Below are positions 12,514 to 25,912 of a stretch of DNA of 64,000 bases, piece by piece. This DNA is from the human T2T-CHM13v2.0 reference genome, Homo sapiens. The notes beneath the pieces were generated by a model, which was not told where the DNA came from, did not search any database, and saw only the letters and a program-made list of their open reading frames with translations. The position numbers were made by a program, and so were the translations under genes. Positions within the stretch are counted from its first letter, which is position 1, and each line of letters begins with the position of its first letter. Where the stretch lies: contig CP086569.2 in NCBI GenBank assembly GCA_009914755.4, positions 3,168,001 to 3,232,000 of the forward strand. Reading direction: 5' to 3'.

Positions 12514-15139
12514 TAAGCCCTCCAAATTTAATCTCTACAATATTGAAGTAGAAAATGTAATTGTTACATTTACATCTAAAATTTTGTTTATAATTTAATA
12601 AGTTGAATGATTAAATTTGTAAATATACAAGATCGGATTAGTTCATTTGAAGCTTACGATGGAAGTCTTCCTTCATAGAAACAACTCAATTCCATGTTAA
12701 CCATGTGGTAGCTAATAAATGTGGCAGAAATTTATTTAAAAATAATTTATACTTTCTATTATTTAGACCAAATTATAGGATTCTGAAAGTTCACAATCTT
12801 TTCAGTTGATCATGACCCATATGTTGTACTTTTAAACCAATAATCAATGTTATATAACCTTGAAATGATTCCAAACACCTAAGTAGTTTGCTATATAAGT
12901 GATACATTTTGCCGTGATAAGAACTTGGAGTTTATTCCCCATTCTCCTTAAGAAGGTGACACCTTATAAAAATCCATATGTGAATTATTGACCTCACCTC
13001 CTGCACTTCAAAATACATATAAACCCAAATTTGACAGACACTTTGAGAGCTTAGGCTGCAGCTGGCTATAAATCAAGAACATTTTCTGTGATAGGGCTGC
13101 ATTGTCAGCTGCTTCTCTGAGGACTAACAGGTCAGGTAGTGGCAAAGCAACATCTTTAGGCTTTGAGTTAACCTTTGAAGTCTTGTTGGTTAACAGAAAC
13201 CTCATCTTCTTGTGTCAAAGGACCTGAAGTGCCTTCACAGATCTCCTACTATGTTGGATATCATCTCTCCTGAGAACCACTCCTATAAAGTCATACCTCA
13301 AAGTTGAATTAGACTTTACTTTCCACAGAGGCCTGCTTTTATTCAGATTTAGCAAGTAGACTAATAATTTTGAAACACACTTACTATGTGGTTAATGTAC
13401 CTCGCCTATTGAGTGCATTCTCTGTGAGATTTGTTCATGTAATTCTCCCCCTCTTTAAACACTGCAAACCTAAGGGAAAAAAATTATATTTGTATGGCAA
13501 TAAACTGTGTCATTCCTGAAACTATGCTGTTATCATCTCCTTAGTTCTATGATACAAAACAACCACCAATTCAAAATAATACAATGTGAGTTCTAATATC
13601 AATAATAACTCTTGAAAAATGAAGTACAGACTTAACATTTCATTTGAGAAACAGTGAATCAAAATATCACCAGGCAATAGTTACAAGGGATTCATTACCA
13701 TATTTACACTGGAAGAATCTCCTCCAGGTTTTTTCTTAATGAAAGAAGTCATGTGGAATAGAATTTTTTGTTTGCTTTTTTTTCTTACCAGATTTTATAA
13801 AGGTATTTCCTGAATTTCCCTGGGGAATCTACAGCTGGGAAATAAACTTTCATTTTTCAGTTACTTAGAAATTTTTAGGGAACAAGTTGTAACACAACTG
13901 GCATTTTAATTAAATGTTCTTATTAATGGACTGGCTGACACTTTCAAACATAGGTCTTGGTTTGTAAGAGACACAATGTGAAAGCAGAAATGTAAGAGAT
14001 GCAATGTGAGAAGACAAACCATGTGACTCTGCAGTTGGCTAACACTTGAAAAGACAGTTTGCTTAAGTGTATAATATTCCAAGGTCACTGGTATTTCAGC
14101 AGATACACTGAAGAAGAATTAATATTTTATTTTTATTGTTGGATATTAAATGCAAAAATCCATCCTGTTTCTGACCATAAGAGTTACAGTGATTAGATTT
14201 GCTCTTCCTACACAAAGAATAGTAAATCTGGATAAACGTATAAAATGACTTTCCATAGAATGGAAATTAAGCAGTACAAGTATGAGATAAAGGGAAAAAA
14301 TAACTGGGTCCTTAAAAGCCTCTTGGCTCTCTGCTTGGAGGTGATTTCAACACTAAAAAAGGACGATTCACTTAGCTGAAAAAAGGTGATATCAGGTGGA
14401 GTGTAGAGTATTAATGAGTTGAGAAGAGAAATATTAGAATTTAGAGAGTGAGGTGGCAGAAAGTAAAAGGAAAATGTTTATCAGAGGAGAGAGAGAGAAA
14501 AAAGGGTCTCCAGCCCTCCATTAAGACCTTAATTTGTGTCAAAGATTAAGTGTTATGATTTACCAAAAGTTGAATATATAAAGAAACAATTTTTGGTAAC
14601 ACTTTTGTTCAAAGGCAGAATAAAATATGTGAGTTAAAATTTGATGAGACAAACTCATGATCTACATTATATACAGTTTTTTCCCACTAGATAACTAATT
14701 TTTTTCATGAATTTTTTATATTGGGGCTCAAAGAAAGTTTAGATTAATAAATGTACCACCAAATCTAAAATTTAAAAATAAAATAAAAAATAGATGTGTA
14801 GACTTACTTTCTAGAATTGTAAGTAATAAGATGAACTCACATTTATTTTGTGCTTTATATAAAATTGCTAATTTTTATGTTTTCACAACACTCCTATGAG
14901 AAAAGCATATCATTTTTTATAGATGAGATAACTATGGCTCCTAGTGATCGAGATTGAAAGTAGTATAGTTAGAATGTGAATACGTATTTATGTTACTTTA
15001 AAGATAACACATATAGGAGAAGAATCATACACTAGGGGCCTATTAACACATATATGTATCCACATATATAATGACACCCCAACATGGAATATATATCTAT
15101 AAATGAAGGTAAATAAGAAGTATGTAAAAACATGCTGCA

Positions 15140-15720
15140 CATCATGTGTCATTAGAAATTGGAATGAGAACCACTACATAACTAGTAGAACAACTAAATG
15201 CATAAAATAAAATAAAATAAAATAAAATAAAATAAAATAAAATAAAATAAAGTCTAAAAACATGCATGCACAAAGAAATCCTATTGCAAATGGTTATAGC
15301 TGCTTTATCCATAATTACCAAAACCTGGAAGCAAATAATATGTCCTTTAGTGGATGAATGGACAAACTGTGGTACATCCATTCAATAGAATATTATTCAG
15401 GAATAAAAATAAATTAGCTACCAAAAACCAAAAAGACATAGATGAGTTTTAAATGCATGTTGCTACATGAAAGAGACCAGTCTATAGAGCTAGATACTGT
15501 ATAATTCCAATTATATGACATACTGAAAAGGCAAAACTACAGAAATGATAAACACATTAGTGGTTGCCATGAGTTGAAAGGGTGAGAGAATGTTTGAATA
15601 GGTGAACTACAGAAGACTTTTTAGGGAAGTGACATTATCATGTATGTTATTGTAATGATGGATTTGAAACATTGAGCATTTATCCAGTCTCATAAAATTT
15701 TATGCACTAAGAGTAAGTCT
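15140..15720 (+). mobile_element. Ancient L1 (L1M-like) 3'-end fragment, sense orientation, with an internal (AAAAT)n expansion
   Basis: gtgtcattagaaattggaatgagaaccactacataactagtagaac resembles L1 ORF2 ([13 protein letters not shown] codons). After the microsatellite, ...ggatgaatggacaaactgtggtacatccattcaatagaatattattcaggaataaaaataaa resembles the L1M 3' end (WIKKMWYIYTMEYYSAIKK). It ends where the Alu at 15721 begins. Subfamily is uncertain. Confidence 0.55.
15203..15250. repeat. (AAAAT)n microsatellite, ~10 units
   Basis: ataaaataaaataaaataaaataaaataaaataaaataaaataaaataaa. It explains the ILFYFILFY ORF at 15142..15381(-). Confidence 0.9.
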
Positions 15721-16023
15721 GGGCTAGGTGTGGTGGCTCACGCCTATCATTCCAGCACTTTGGGAGGCTGAGGAAGACGGATCACTTGAGGTCAGAAGTT
15801 TGAGACCAGCCTGACCAACATGGAGAAACCCTGTCTCTACTAAAAATACAAAATTAGCTGGGTGTGGTGGCACATGCCTGAAATCCCAGCTACTCGGGAG
15901 GGAGAGGCAGGAGAATCGCTGAACCCAGGAGGTGGAGGTTGCGATGAGCCGAGATTGCACCATTGCACTCCAGCCTGGGCAACAAGAGTGAAACTGTCTC
16001 AAAAAAAAAAAAAAAAAAAAAAA
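15721..16023 (+). mobile_element. Alu element sense (S-type) with A23 tail
   Basis: gggctaggtgtggtggctcacgcctatcattccagcactttgggaggctgagg ... gcactccagcctgggcaacaagagtgaaactgtctc(a)23. Confidence 0.95.
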
Positions 16024-17332
16024 GAATAGTAAGTCTGAATGTACACAAACATTTTTTTAAATAATTGAGAAGATTAAGACTCCGGGGATGGAATGCAGAA
16101 TCATCTGACAAAATAAAATGTACTAAAACTATGTGAAATATATGAAATGACCTCAATGAAGGAGATGGAAGAGTCTGTAGGACTAAAGGCAAAAGAAACT
16201 GTGTAGAAGCACTGTTTAAGTTTAGAAAACCATTTCCCATAAGGATATGGGTGAGTAATTCTGAAATTACTATACATATATATTGAAATTGAGTAATTAA
16301 TAAGTGTATGACAGAATGTAGCAGCCGGTTTTCTGTGTTTGTTTTTGTTTATGCTTTTACTGTTGGAGTGAGAGGTTAAATATTAACAAAGAGAAGAGGA
16401 AGCTGGGATCATATATATGGTAATTAAATAATGTTAGAGACATTGGTATGTATTTATATATATATGATAATAGAGAAATGAATACATATATAAATATTTA
16501 TAGGTAAGTCTATAATACAAAGGTTAGTATTCACAACTATATCTTTTTACTCTGTCAGGTGAGAGAGCCTAAAAGCAATTATATGCCATTAGCAAAGAGT
16601 ACACCCAGCACCTGAATCTTGTTTTCTACTATAATTATTCAATAAAAGAAACCACATCTCCTTAAAGAAATGACTGATTCTACAAATAGGGAAGAAAACA
16701 CGTAAGGCAAGCCTGGTGCATCTTATAGCAGCAGAAAGTAAGACAGTACCTGAAAAATCAGATCATTTTAAGGTTCATCAAAGGGCTATAGGAGCAAATA
16801 AAAAGAACTATCAATGGTTAAAGCTGGAAAAAATTGAGCAACATAATAAATGAGCTTGTATTGGATAATAATCCACAACAAAAACATTTTGTTCATACTG
16901 ATATAAATTAATGAGTTATTGAATAAATAAATGAGTAGAGAAGAATAACTACATCTTTCACACAAAATAATTCTAAATAATTTATGTAGAGAATCTGCCC
17001 TTAAGGAGGTGGAGTGTAACTCCCCATTCCTTAAATCTGAGCTGCACACACATATAATATGGATAGGGTGGGAATGAAAGTGACTTTACACTGGAGAAAA
17101 CTAGAAAACATTATCTAAGGCAGGTGACCAATGTTAACATCAATGATGATGCATCGTGTTGAGAGTATGTATCATTGATATGATGTCATGACGATGATGT
17201 TTTACACCTCAGGATTTCCATATATTACTCCAGTCTAATTATGAGATAAACATCAGAGAAATTCCAATTGGGGGACATTCTGAAAAATACCTGACCAGTG
17301 CTCTTCAAAACTGTAAAACAGTACTTGAGGAA

Positions 17333-19325
17333 AGGGGAGCAAGGTGGCAGAACAGAAGGCTCCACTAACCGTGTCACCTGCAAGAACACAAATGTAACAA
17401 CAATCTACAAAAAACACCATTATAAGAACCAAAAATTAGATGAGCACCTGATTATAACTTTATATTGCTGAAAGAGGCACTGAAGAGGTAGAAAAAAATA
17501 GTCTTGAATGCTAACACCACTCCTCCTTCATCCCCTGGCAGTGTCCATGTGGTGTGGAGAACATTTCTGTGTGCTGGGAAGAGGAATAGTGTAGCAATTG
17601 TGAGACATTGAACTCATCGCTGCAGTGCTATAGCAGAAAGAAAACAAAAGCAAACTCAGCCGATGCCCACCCAAAGAGGGTGCATTTAAGCCAGCCCTAG
17701 CTAGAGGGGAATTGCCAATCTCAGTGGCCCTTACTTGAGTTTCTGCAAGCTTCACCACCATGGGCTAAATTGCTATGGGTCTCCAAGTAAACTTGAAAGG
17801 CTGCTTGAGGAGATGAGAGGCAAGAGCGGGGAGGGCTTTGTCTTGCTTCTTGAATACCAGCTCAGCCACAGCAGGATAGAGCACGAGTCAGTCATGAGAT
17901 CCCCTTTCCAGGCCCCAGCTCCTGGATGATGTTGCTAGACACACTCTGTGTAAGAAGAGAACCGACTCCCTTGAAGGAAAGGAGCCAATTCTGGCATAAT
18001 TCATCAACTGCTAACTGAAGAGCCCTTGGGCCCTGAATAACTAGCAGCGATACCCTGGTACTATGTCAAGGGCTTGGGGTGACACTCTGAGACTTGCTGG
18101 CTTCAGTAGAGACTCAAAACATTCTCAGCTCTGGTGGCTACAAAGCAAGATTCCTTCTGCTTGAGAAAACTAGAGGGAAAAGTAAAGGGGACTTTGTCTT
18201 GCACGTTAGGTACCAGCTTAGCCACAGGGGTTTACAGCACTAAGTGTGCTCTTGAGGTCCCTGATTCCAAGATTTGGATCTTGGACAACATTTTTGGACC
18301 TGTGCTTGGCCGGAGGGGCGCCCACTCCCCTGAAGGTTGAGGGGTGGGTCTCAGGCAAGGCAGCAATCACCACAAGCTGACTGAAGAGCCCTTGGGCCTT
18401 AAGGAGTCATCGGCCGTAGCCTGATAGCACCCTCTGTGGATGTGTGGAGGCAGTGGCCACAAGATGAGGCTCCTCTGCCTTTGGAAAGAGAAAGGAAGTG
18501 TGGGAAGGACTGGGCTTTCTGGTTCGAGTGCCAGCTCTGTTGCAGTACAATAAAATACCAGGTAGACTGCTAAGGTTTTTGACTATAGTCCCTAGCTCCT
18601 GGTAGGCACCTCTGGACCCACTCGAGGTCTGGGAAAACTCACCACCATGAAGGGAAAGACAAAGGCCTGGCTGGCTTTACCACCTCCTAATTGTAGAGCC
18701 CCAGGTCCTTGAGTAAACACAGTAAGTAGTCAGGGAATGGTTACGGCAGGCCTTGGGTGAGACCCAGTGCCATACTAACTTCAGGTCTGACCTAGTGCTG
18801 TCCTAGGTGTGGTGACCACAGGGATGCTTGTGTCACAAAAACTACAGTTCCAAGTAGCTCAAAGGAGAGAAAGAGACTCTGGGAGAAAGTAAGGGGAGAG
18901 AGCAAGAGTCTCTGCCTTGTAATTCAGAGAATTCTTCCTTATCTTGCCCAGGACTATCAAGATGGTACCTATATAAGTCTGCAAAAAACAGTGTTAATGA
19001 GCTTGTGGTGCCCCCTAAAGCAGATACAGCTTAGATCACAACAACCAAGTCTTTTCGAAAATCTGGAAAGCCTTTCCAAGAAGGATGAGGATAATAAGCC
19101 CAGACTAAGAAAACTACAATAAAAACCTAACTCTTTGATGCCCAGACAGAGATGAACATCTATTAGTATCAAGAACATACAGGAAAACATGACCTCACCA
19201 AATTAACAGAATAAAGCACCAGGGACTAATCCTAGAAAAAAAGAGGTATGTGACCTTTCAGACAGAAAATGTAAAATAGCTGTTTTGAGGAAACTCAAAG
19301 AAATTAAAGATAACAGAGAGGGATT
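17333..19325 (+). mobile_element. L1 (L1P-type) 5' end and long 5'UTR, sense orientation, truncated after ~2 kb
   Basis: It begins ggagcaaggtggcagaacagaaggctccactaacc, which resembles the L1 5' start GGAGCCAAGATGGCCGAATAGGAACAGCTCC. Two tandem ~365-bp units follow (17790-18150 and 18150-18520). Shared motifs include gaataccagctcagccacagcaggatagagcac / gttaggtaccagcttagccacaggggtttacagcac, and ctgactgaagagcccttgggcc twice. It is homologous, in reverse orientation, to 54470-55745. It ends abruptly at ~19325. Confidence 0.55.
17790..18520. repeat. Two tandem ~365-bp units inside the L1 5'UTR
   Basis: Direct read of the paired motifs listed above. The units are roughly 75-80% identical by eye. 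Confidence 0.6.
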
Positions 19326-19674
19326 TTGAAATTACACCCAGCTTTCTTCTGCTCTATTAAATATTAGTTCATGCAAGCTGTGTTTTAAGCACTGTCGCTC
19401 AGGCTTAATTTTCTAACCTCTTCTCTCACCGCCCTCAGATTACTGTTGAAAATAAAGAGTGGTATTTATTGGTTTTATATTATGTGTAGAGGTGAATTTA
19501 TATATTCTTTGTGAAGATAGGTAGTATATGAATAAAACTTTTTCTACACGAATTAAAATTTCTCATATTGGCTTTTCAGTCATAGTGATGTAGCATTCCA
19601 AATATTAATAAGTTGTTTTTAAATTTTTAGTTAGATAAGTGTAGCTCACCTGCATTAAAAAATCTATTTTATCA

Positions 19675-20118
<444 letters not shown>

Positions 20119-20861
20119 CTAAATATATTTAATAATCAAATAGGTCAGAAGAAAATAAATAAATACAAAGAGATAGGGTAAGGAGAGAAGGATTTGTGGT
20201 AAGCAGAGATAATTTATCAAAAGGTAGCATGTATTTGAAAACAAACAAAAATATATGTCAAATGTAATTTTAAAACATTAATGTTGGTACAGTCTCTTCA
20301 GTTGGAAATAAAACTCAGAATGTCTATAATACCAAAAGAGGTTTAACAAAAAGAGAACAAAAAACCCTTGCAGATTTGATTTCACATTAAAAGTGAATTC
20401 CCAAGTCAATTAATTATGGTTTCCATAGTTTCAAGCAGACATATATGGATTTTAAATATACTGTATTAGACTCCTCAACAATGATTTTCTCTCTAGAAAG
20501 CACAAATAAATAGAGTCAATAATGTGAGTTTCCTTTTGTATTTAATCATTTAAGTTTCAATAGAAGGTACTTTGTAATTAGATATTTCCTTCTTTTTCCT
20601 CCTCTGTTAAAAAAAGCTAAGAAGTAGTATTTTCTTTTTTGCTTACGGAAGTTTTTCTTGTACCAGAAAAGACTTTTAACATGTGAAATAGAATTTTATA
20701 GACTAAACTAACCAGCCTACAAATCTTCTTATACTCTAAAATTTATGCAGATATTTTAAGTTACAGAATACATTTACAGATGTTCCTGGACTTAACGATG
20801 GTGTTACATCTTTATAAACTCATCATAGCTTGAACATACCATAAGTCAAAAATGCATCTAA

Positions 20862-20927
20862 TACACATAACCTATTGAACATTATAGTTTAGCCTACATT
20901 ATAGTTTAGCCTAAACATTATAGTTTA
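20862..20927. repeat. Three tandem copies of a ~19-bp unit (attatagtttagcctaaac-like)
   Basis: cattatagtttagcctacattatagtttagcctaaacattatagtttagcctaaatg. Confidence 0.7.
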
Positions 20928-23279
20928 GCCTAAATGTGCTTGGGACACTTATATTAGCCTATAATTGGGCAAAATTATCTAACACAAAGGCTATTTTATA
21001 ATAAAGTATTAAATACATAATGTATTGACTACTGTACTGAATGTGGAAAACAGAATGGCTGTGTGGGTACTCCAAGGATAATTTCTACTGAATGAACATT
21101 TCTTTTGCATCATACATATCTGTATGACCTTACTAAGCATAGTAAACTTGACTAAAGCCTGATTCTTGTTCATTAAAAATGCTTATTAATGTCATTTTCT
21201 TCCAGCAGGAAAACCAGTGAGTACCATCCAAATAATAATTTTAAAGACATTCTTCAACAATGTGATTATTCTAACTCCAAAACAGATAAAATAAAAGGTA
21301 AATAAATAAATGGATGTGAATTTCATACTTGATATTTTGCCAAATTAAATATTATCAGTTTTGTATCATTATACATAAATATACCTCTTCTTATATATTT
21401 AATGGTTTATATTCCCCTCCCCTTCACATTGTGGCATTATGTTACTAGAATGTACTTCTTGGAATATAACTGTGTTATCTAAACTAGAAATATATTAAGA
21501 CTTTTTTAAAAATATTCACTCAGTTTACCAGTATTTACTAGAATTCAAAAAAATAGTCACAAACTTTCAAGTAATATTTATATAAGAAGTTCAGATAAAT
21601 AATTGGAATATTTTTAATTATAGACTACAACAAAGGACGTTGATGATTCAGGGTAACAGTGGAGAATCAGGAAGAAGGGAGAAGAGAGTGAATTTGCATT
21701 ATGTAGTGGTGAATAGAAACTTTATTTTCTTTTAAATTTGACTGAGAGCTGTTCTGCCACAAAATTTTTATTTAGGTGCATTGTAGATGTATGTATATGC
21801 ACATTTCTGTTAGTGAGTGTATATGTATGTCTTTCCTATACATCTTGTGTTTAAAGTAATATAAACATATATTCATAGGTAATTACACTACTTTTAAGCT
21901 TAATCTTTTTGAGCCACAGTTTTCTTATCTAAGTAAAAAATAATATGCCTTTCTCATAAGATTTTTGTGAAAATTAAAAACTGGCAACTTGATATAAAGC
22001 ATAAAATAAATGTGAATTCATCCCGTTGATTACTATCAAAAAGAATAGGAAATCAAACTATATATTCATTGAGTCAAAAAATAAATACTTCATAGAAAGG
22101 AAATAGCTCTACAACAGCCAAAACCAATATGATGGATATATCACAAATTATAATCGCTCATAGAATTATAACTCATATTTTTTCTGCCTCTGAAGAAAAC
22201 TATAAACACTTTCAAATATATGTTTTATAAAGTTTTAACTTTAGATAAACCACAGCTTAATCTGAGTCAACATCACACACAAAAGAATTACCAATGTTGT
22301 AACATTTAAATATGATCAGTTTGTCTTCAGCTTTATTAAAAATGAGCAAAAGCAAAAACAACTAGATAAAAACAAGCAAACATGTCTAATTTAATAGATA
22401 TGGGAGCTACCTCTTAAAGTAACTTGGGCTTGAGAAGCCAAATCCCTGGGAAAGTCGAACCAGAAAAACAATCAACATTGATATTATGGAATTGGATATG
22501 TAACTCTGGGAATTTTCAACTATATTAATGTCAATTATGAAATGTATTGTTTTCTCCCTTCTACTTTAGAATTAATTCATTCTTCTAATTCTGTGCTTTC
22601 AAAATTAAAGTTTAGGTCATTGATTTTAAATATTTTTTCACTTGCTAATGTAAGCATCAATAAATGCTTATATTATACTCCTTTCCCTCTCACTGCTGCT
22701 TTAACTTCCTCCCACTAATTTATATATATTTTTTCTTTCATTATATTAGATAAAAAATAATTTCTAATTTTCTTGTGATTTACTCTTTGATATTGTCATT
22801 TAAAAATATTTTATTCAAACTTTATCCAATTTTGGAAATAATTTTGTTTTTTTTTGGTTTTAGTCAGAAAGCATATATTACATAATTTCTATTATTTGAA
22901 ATGCATTAAGTATTATTTTTCTGGTCCAATATTGGCCTCCGTTAGCGAATGTTCCATGAGTATTTGGAAAAAATACTAGATATAATGTTTTCCAGATGAC
23001 TATTCGGTCATAATATATGATAGTATTAAAATATACAACTATAACTTTGATTTGATTGATGAATAAACATTACATATTTTGTTTTTGGTGTCTTGAAGGT
23101 CTGCTTTCATATTCATGCACACTAAAATTAATTATTTCCTCTTTAACATTGACCCTTTGATTGACCCTTTGATTATTATGAAATGCCACTCTTTATCTCT
23201 TGTAATATACTTTGACGTGGAGCCTGTTTGATTTGTTGTTAACATACCTAACGAGAGTTTGCTTGCATCCTATCTCTCT

Positions 23280-24900
23280 CTTTCTAAACACTTTATTGAT
23301 GTATAATTACCATAATATGAGAATATAAAATGCACCTATTAAAAGTGTACAGTTCAATGGCTTCTAGTATATTCACAAGGTTGGGCAACCATCATCATAA
23401 TTTAAATTTTGAACATATATATTTCAAGATAAAACTACTTTATCAGATATAATCATTGCAAATATTGTCTCCCATTCTTTGGATTGTCTCTTTACTTTTT
23501 AAAATTATATCCTTTGACACACAAAAGTATTTAATTGGATGAAATACAATCTATCATTTTGTTGATTGTGCTTTTAATATCATATCTAAGAAACCATCAA
23601 CTAATCCAAGCTTATTAAGATGTATGTGTATTTTCTTCTAAGTGTTTTATACTTTTAGATCTTATGTACAGATTTTTAATCTGTTAACCTTCTTAAACAT
23701 GATATGAGGTAACAATCCCATTTTATTCATTTGCATGTGGGTGTCCAGTTGTCCCAGCACCATTTGCTGAATGACTATTATTTCTCATTAAATGGCCTTG
23801 GCACCCTTGTCAAAAATCAGTTGAACATGGATGCATATTTCTGTTTCTGGACTCTCAATTCTATTCCATTTTTTTCCATGTCTAATGCTTTTGCCAGTAA
23901 CACTGCATTGATTATTGTCACTTTCTAGTTAAGTACTGAAACTGGGAAATGTGTGTCTTACTACTTTGTTCCTCCTTTTAAATATTGTTTCGTTAATCTG
24001 AGTCCCTTGCAATTCTATATACATTTAAAATTTAGAACCAGCTCACTAATTTCTATAAATAAAATAACAAGACTTGTGTTGCATCTGTAAGTCAATTTGG
24101 GAAGCATTTTCACCTTACGATATAAACTTTTCAGTTCTATAATCATTAAGTATTTTTCCCACGTATTATTGTCTTTAATTTCTTTAAACAATTGTTTACG
24201 GCTTTCAGAGTACAAGTTTTTAAGTTTATTTCTAGGTATTTTATTATTTTGGTACTATTGTAAATAAAATCATTCTCAATTTTATTTTCAGATTCTTTGT
24301 TTCAAGTTTAAAAAAGTAAAATTAATGTTTGTTTATTGATCTTATATACTGCAGTTGTGCTGAACTCATTTACGTGTTCTAATATTTGTCATTAATTCCT
24401 CAAGATATTCTACACTCAAGACCATTTCATCTGTGAATTGAGATAGTTTTACCTCTTCCTTTCAAATCTGAATGTTTACTATTTCTTTTGCATATCTAAT
24501 TCCCCTGGATAGTACTGCCAGTGAAATTTTAAATAGATGTAATGAGAGTAGATATTTTTGTCTTATTTCTGATCTTAAGGAGAAAGAATCCAGTCTTTCA
24601 TGGTTAAGTGTAATATTAGCTGCTGGGTTTTTTTGTGCATACTCTTTATCAGGTTGAGGAAGTTTTCTTCTATTCCTAGTTAATTGAGTGGTTTTATCAT
24701 GAAATTACATTTGATTTGGTCAAATGCTTTTTCAGTGTCTATTGAGATGGTCCTCTGATTTTTATCTCTTATTCTATTGATGTGATGTGTTAATTTCATT
24801 AATTGTTAGATATTAAGCCAATATTACCTTCAAGGTATAAATCTCATTTGGCAATGGTGTATATTTCTTCTTATAAGTTGCAGGTTTCAGTTTGCCATTA
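23280..24900 (-). mobile_element. Ancient L1 (L1M-type) antisense: 3'UTR plus ORF2 C-terminal / RT region
   Basis: ctttattgatgtataattaccataatatgagaatataaaatgcacctattaaaagtgtacagttcaatggcttctagtatattcacaaggttgggcaaccatcatca matches the antisense form of the old-L1 3' end (cf. cttcactgaggtataattgacaaataaaaattgtatatatttaaggtgtacaacatgatg...). Further in, gtgtccagttgtcccagcaccatttgctgaatgactattatttctcattaaatggcc and ggtcaaatgctttttcagtgtctattgagatggtcctctgatttttatctcttattctattgatgtgatgtg match antisense L1 ORF2. Confidence 0.7.
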
Positions 24901-25658
24901 GAGTTTATCTTTGAATAACATGGGCTTGAAATGTGTGGATTTTTTTTTCAACAAATACATTAGCAAAATATCTGGGGATTTGTGATAATTTGAAAAAAAC
25001 CACGGTCAACATAGTCAACGAATTTTGATACAAAGAAGTATGGAATGTCATGAATGCATAAAATATATGTATATACTAGTCTATCTTATTATTCACTACT
25101 GTAGAATATATACATATCTATTACAAAATTTAAAATTTATCAAAACGTACAGACATATTTCCAGACCATACATGGCACCACTAGCAGTCAAGAGAAATGT
25201 AAACAAATGTAAAGGTGAAGTATTAAATAATAATTGCATAAATATAATCATAGTATATACATGAAGACAATAAGGACGAAGACCTCTATTATGAGCCACT
25301 TCCACTTAATGAATACTAAATATATTTTCTTTTCTTTATGATTTTCTTAAAAACATTTTTTCTCTAGTTCACTTTATTGTAAGAGTACAGTATTTAATAA
25401 ATATAATATACAAATTTGTGTTAGTCAATTGTTTATGTTATCTGTAAGGCTTCTAGGCAACAGTATGCTATTACTTGTTGTTTTTGGGGAGGCCATCATT
25501 ATCCTGGTAACCAAAACAGACAAAGATTTATAAAGAAAGACGATTTAGGTCCAGATTTTCTTTATGAATGTAGATCTGTTGAGGAAAAGTCCTCAACATA
25601 ATACAGTTAACTTTTGAACAATGCAGGAATTTGGTATGTCAATCGCCTGTGCAGTTGA

Positions 25659-25908
<250 letters not shown>

Positions 25909-25912
25909 GGAG

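Noticed and set aside
16001-16023. Long poly(A)/poly(T) runs (16001-16023, 44430-44460, 52844-52874, 35487-35510) as transcription terminators or regulatory tracts
   Set aside because: Each sits exactly at the 3' end (or linker) of an Alu or other retrotransposed element, so they are retrotransposon poly(A) tails. Rho-independent terminator logic does not apply to this genome.
17528-17761. The two ORFs encoding a shared GIGNSPLARAGLNAPS peptide (17528..17761- and 55228..55527+) as a duplicated gene
   Set aside because: Both lie in homologous L1 5'UTR blocks in opposite orientation. The ORFs are short and lack start or stop context conservation beyond the repeat. The shared peptide reflects paralogous non-coding repeat sequence.
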